Assembly: GCF_963924895.1 (NCBI RefSeq)
Contig: NZ_CAWURG010000037.1
Location: forward strand, 35,027-99,026
Source of the DNA: an uncultured Sphaerotilus sp.
GTDB taxonomy: Bacteria > Pseudomonadota > Gammaproteobacteria > Burkholderiales > Burkholderiaceae_C
Length of the DNA stretch: 64,000 bases
Direction of reading: 5' to 3'
Part shown: piece by piece, positions 63,901-64,000 of the stretch
Layout of the letters: each line of letters starts with the position of its first letter
Position numbering within the stretch: the first letter of the stretch is position 1
Position numbers and translations under genes: made by a program
The notes under the pieces: model-generated
The model's input: only the letters and a program-made list of their open reading frames with translations
Databases searched by the model: none
Told to the model about the DNA's origin: nothing

Positions 63901-64000
63901 GGGTGGGGCGTTCCGGGTCGCCGGTCCAGTCGAAGGCGAACTGCCGCAGCTGGCCGCGCGGGCGGGTGGCGTCCAGCAGGCGCCGCATCGGCCCGGACAG
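60959..64000 (-). CDS. yhdP: YhdP-family (AsmA-like, TIGR02099-type) large envelope protein, C-terminal roughly 1010 aa; the 5' end is probably beyond the right edge
   Basis: A very long beta-rich ORF with the characteristic C-terminus YQKGFSFDHIDGDVQIRHGVASTRNLRVRGVQAMVLAEGSASL ... REYRVTGPWSAPQL. The yhdP-nit gene order is typical of Burkholderiales. The Met at 63988 is probably internal. Confidence 0.75.
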   Translation of the reverse strand: MSGPMRRLLDATRPRGQLRQFAFDWTGDPERPTHWRARGEADALQLAAAPATAALTATATPGRPGLRGGHVRFDATDLGGQADLRLAQGELEFPGVFEQPRVALDRLQADVRWTLKRPAAAPPGTRPAIEVQVRHAVFDTADGAGEFSGRWHSGPTTGPVFGAAGWLPGHINLDATIHQLRADRVHRYLPLGIAAPVRDYLRAALVAGTAREVHARVRGPLLDFPYTQPGQGEFAIAGHFEQVTFDSVPGSRWPRYTDGAGQLTVRGQQLRLLQTSARLGQTGSGQYALEEIEGGIDHLAHDPVLRLTGQGHGSTADTLQFLRESPLDGWLDHAFVAARGNGQTRLALQIAVPLQHARDTTVQGRVDLADTQLQMRPDVPTLDAVQARLDFTERQFHLTQGSAQVAGGRLAFDGHLDDAGVLRFAGQGRATAQGLRSLDTIDPLARIAHQFDGQTDYRLQLALTPGGPTIQVDSDLVGLASRLPAPLNKTATQPVVLSVHLQPQTPAQGAATLLEIDARTAAAPLLSSRLLLEGDAAGGGLRGQLQLGSAERGRWPDQGIDVGIALPRLSLDDWQAWLQRARQAGHLPAVGRPGQPDEAPDGLLHQVRLQVADLTAHGRRLTGVHATLQPAGPPARTWSGTIEADQLAGRITLRTAAPQAPATVQARLGRLALPWPAVPLAESVAQPASGSEPLPALDVVVDDLVFSGRHLGRLELQGEPNPASRLPAAVNGEWRLNRLSLVRPEARLSAVGQWDPADRDAPAGTGTSRLTFRLDVDDGGRWLDQLGWPGALEGGRGHLGGQLRWPGPPTALALDQLGGTLRLDFDSGQLLQAEPGAGRLLGVLNLQSLPRRLSLDFRDLYQKGFSFDHIDGDVQIRHGVASTRNLRVRGVQAMVLAEGSASLTTATQDLRVWIVPDLNAGAASLAYAVINPAVGLGTLVTQWLLLRPLTEAATREYRVTGPWSAPQLTPVDRTRDAHPLPGSDAAVAAEAAVAASENRTGSPLPLPRKDRSP

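Overview
Very GC-rich chromosomal segment. Gene content and order (atpIBEFHAGDC, glnA-DUF4124-ntrBC, hemE-priA, nit-yhdP, ppx-ppk) look like a beta-proteobacterium of the order Burkholderiales; the Comamonadaceae or Rubrivivax-Leptothrix-type assignment is only a guess. I support 58 protein-coding genes, tightly packed, many with ATGA/GTGA start-stop overlaps. I found no rRNA, tRNA, CRISPR array, transposase or integrase. Most of the window is housekeeping core: valS, galU, ppk/ppx, glnA-ntrBC, rpoH, the complete F1Fo ATP synthase operon, hemE and priA. The six-frame track holds many long antisense ORFs of up to 1525 aa. These are the usual stop-codon-poor shadows of real genes in high-GC DNA, and I rejected them. 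I see no single unambiguous novel system. The best candidates are listed here in rough order of interest. (1) A four-gene cassette at 54.9-60.1 kb: a CelD/FemAB-like GNAT and two paralogous ATP-grasp ligases of unknown substrate, wrapped around a UbiH-family flavin monooxygenase. (2) A perfect CIRCE (HrcA) operator directly upstream of rpoH. (3) A MocR-controlled, translationally coupled lysE-eamA-aminotransferase-phzF operon. (4) A RavA/ViaA-type AAA+/VWA pair fused into a long same-strand gene string with a lipid kinase. (5) A RES-Xre toxin-antitoxin pair with a direct-repeat operator candidate, next to a LemA-TPM-TPM module. (6) A secreted YVTN propeller, polysaccharide deacetylase and sterol-desaturase-family operon. 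All product calls come from reading the translations by eye; no database search was run.
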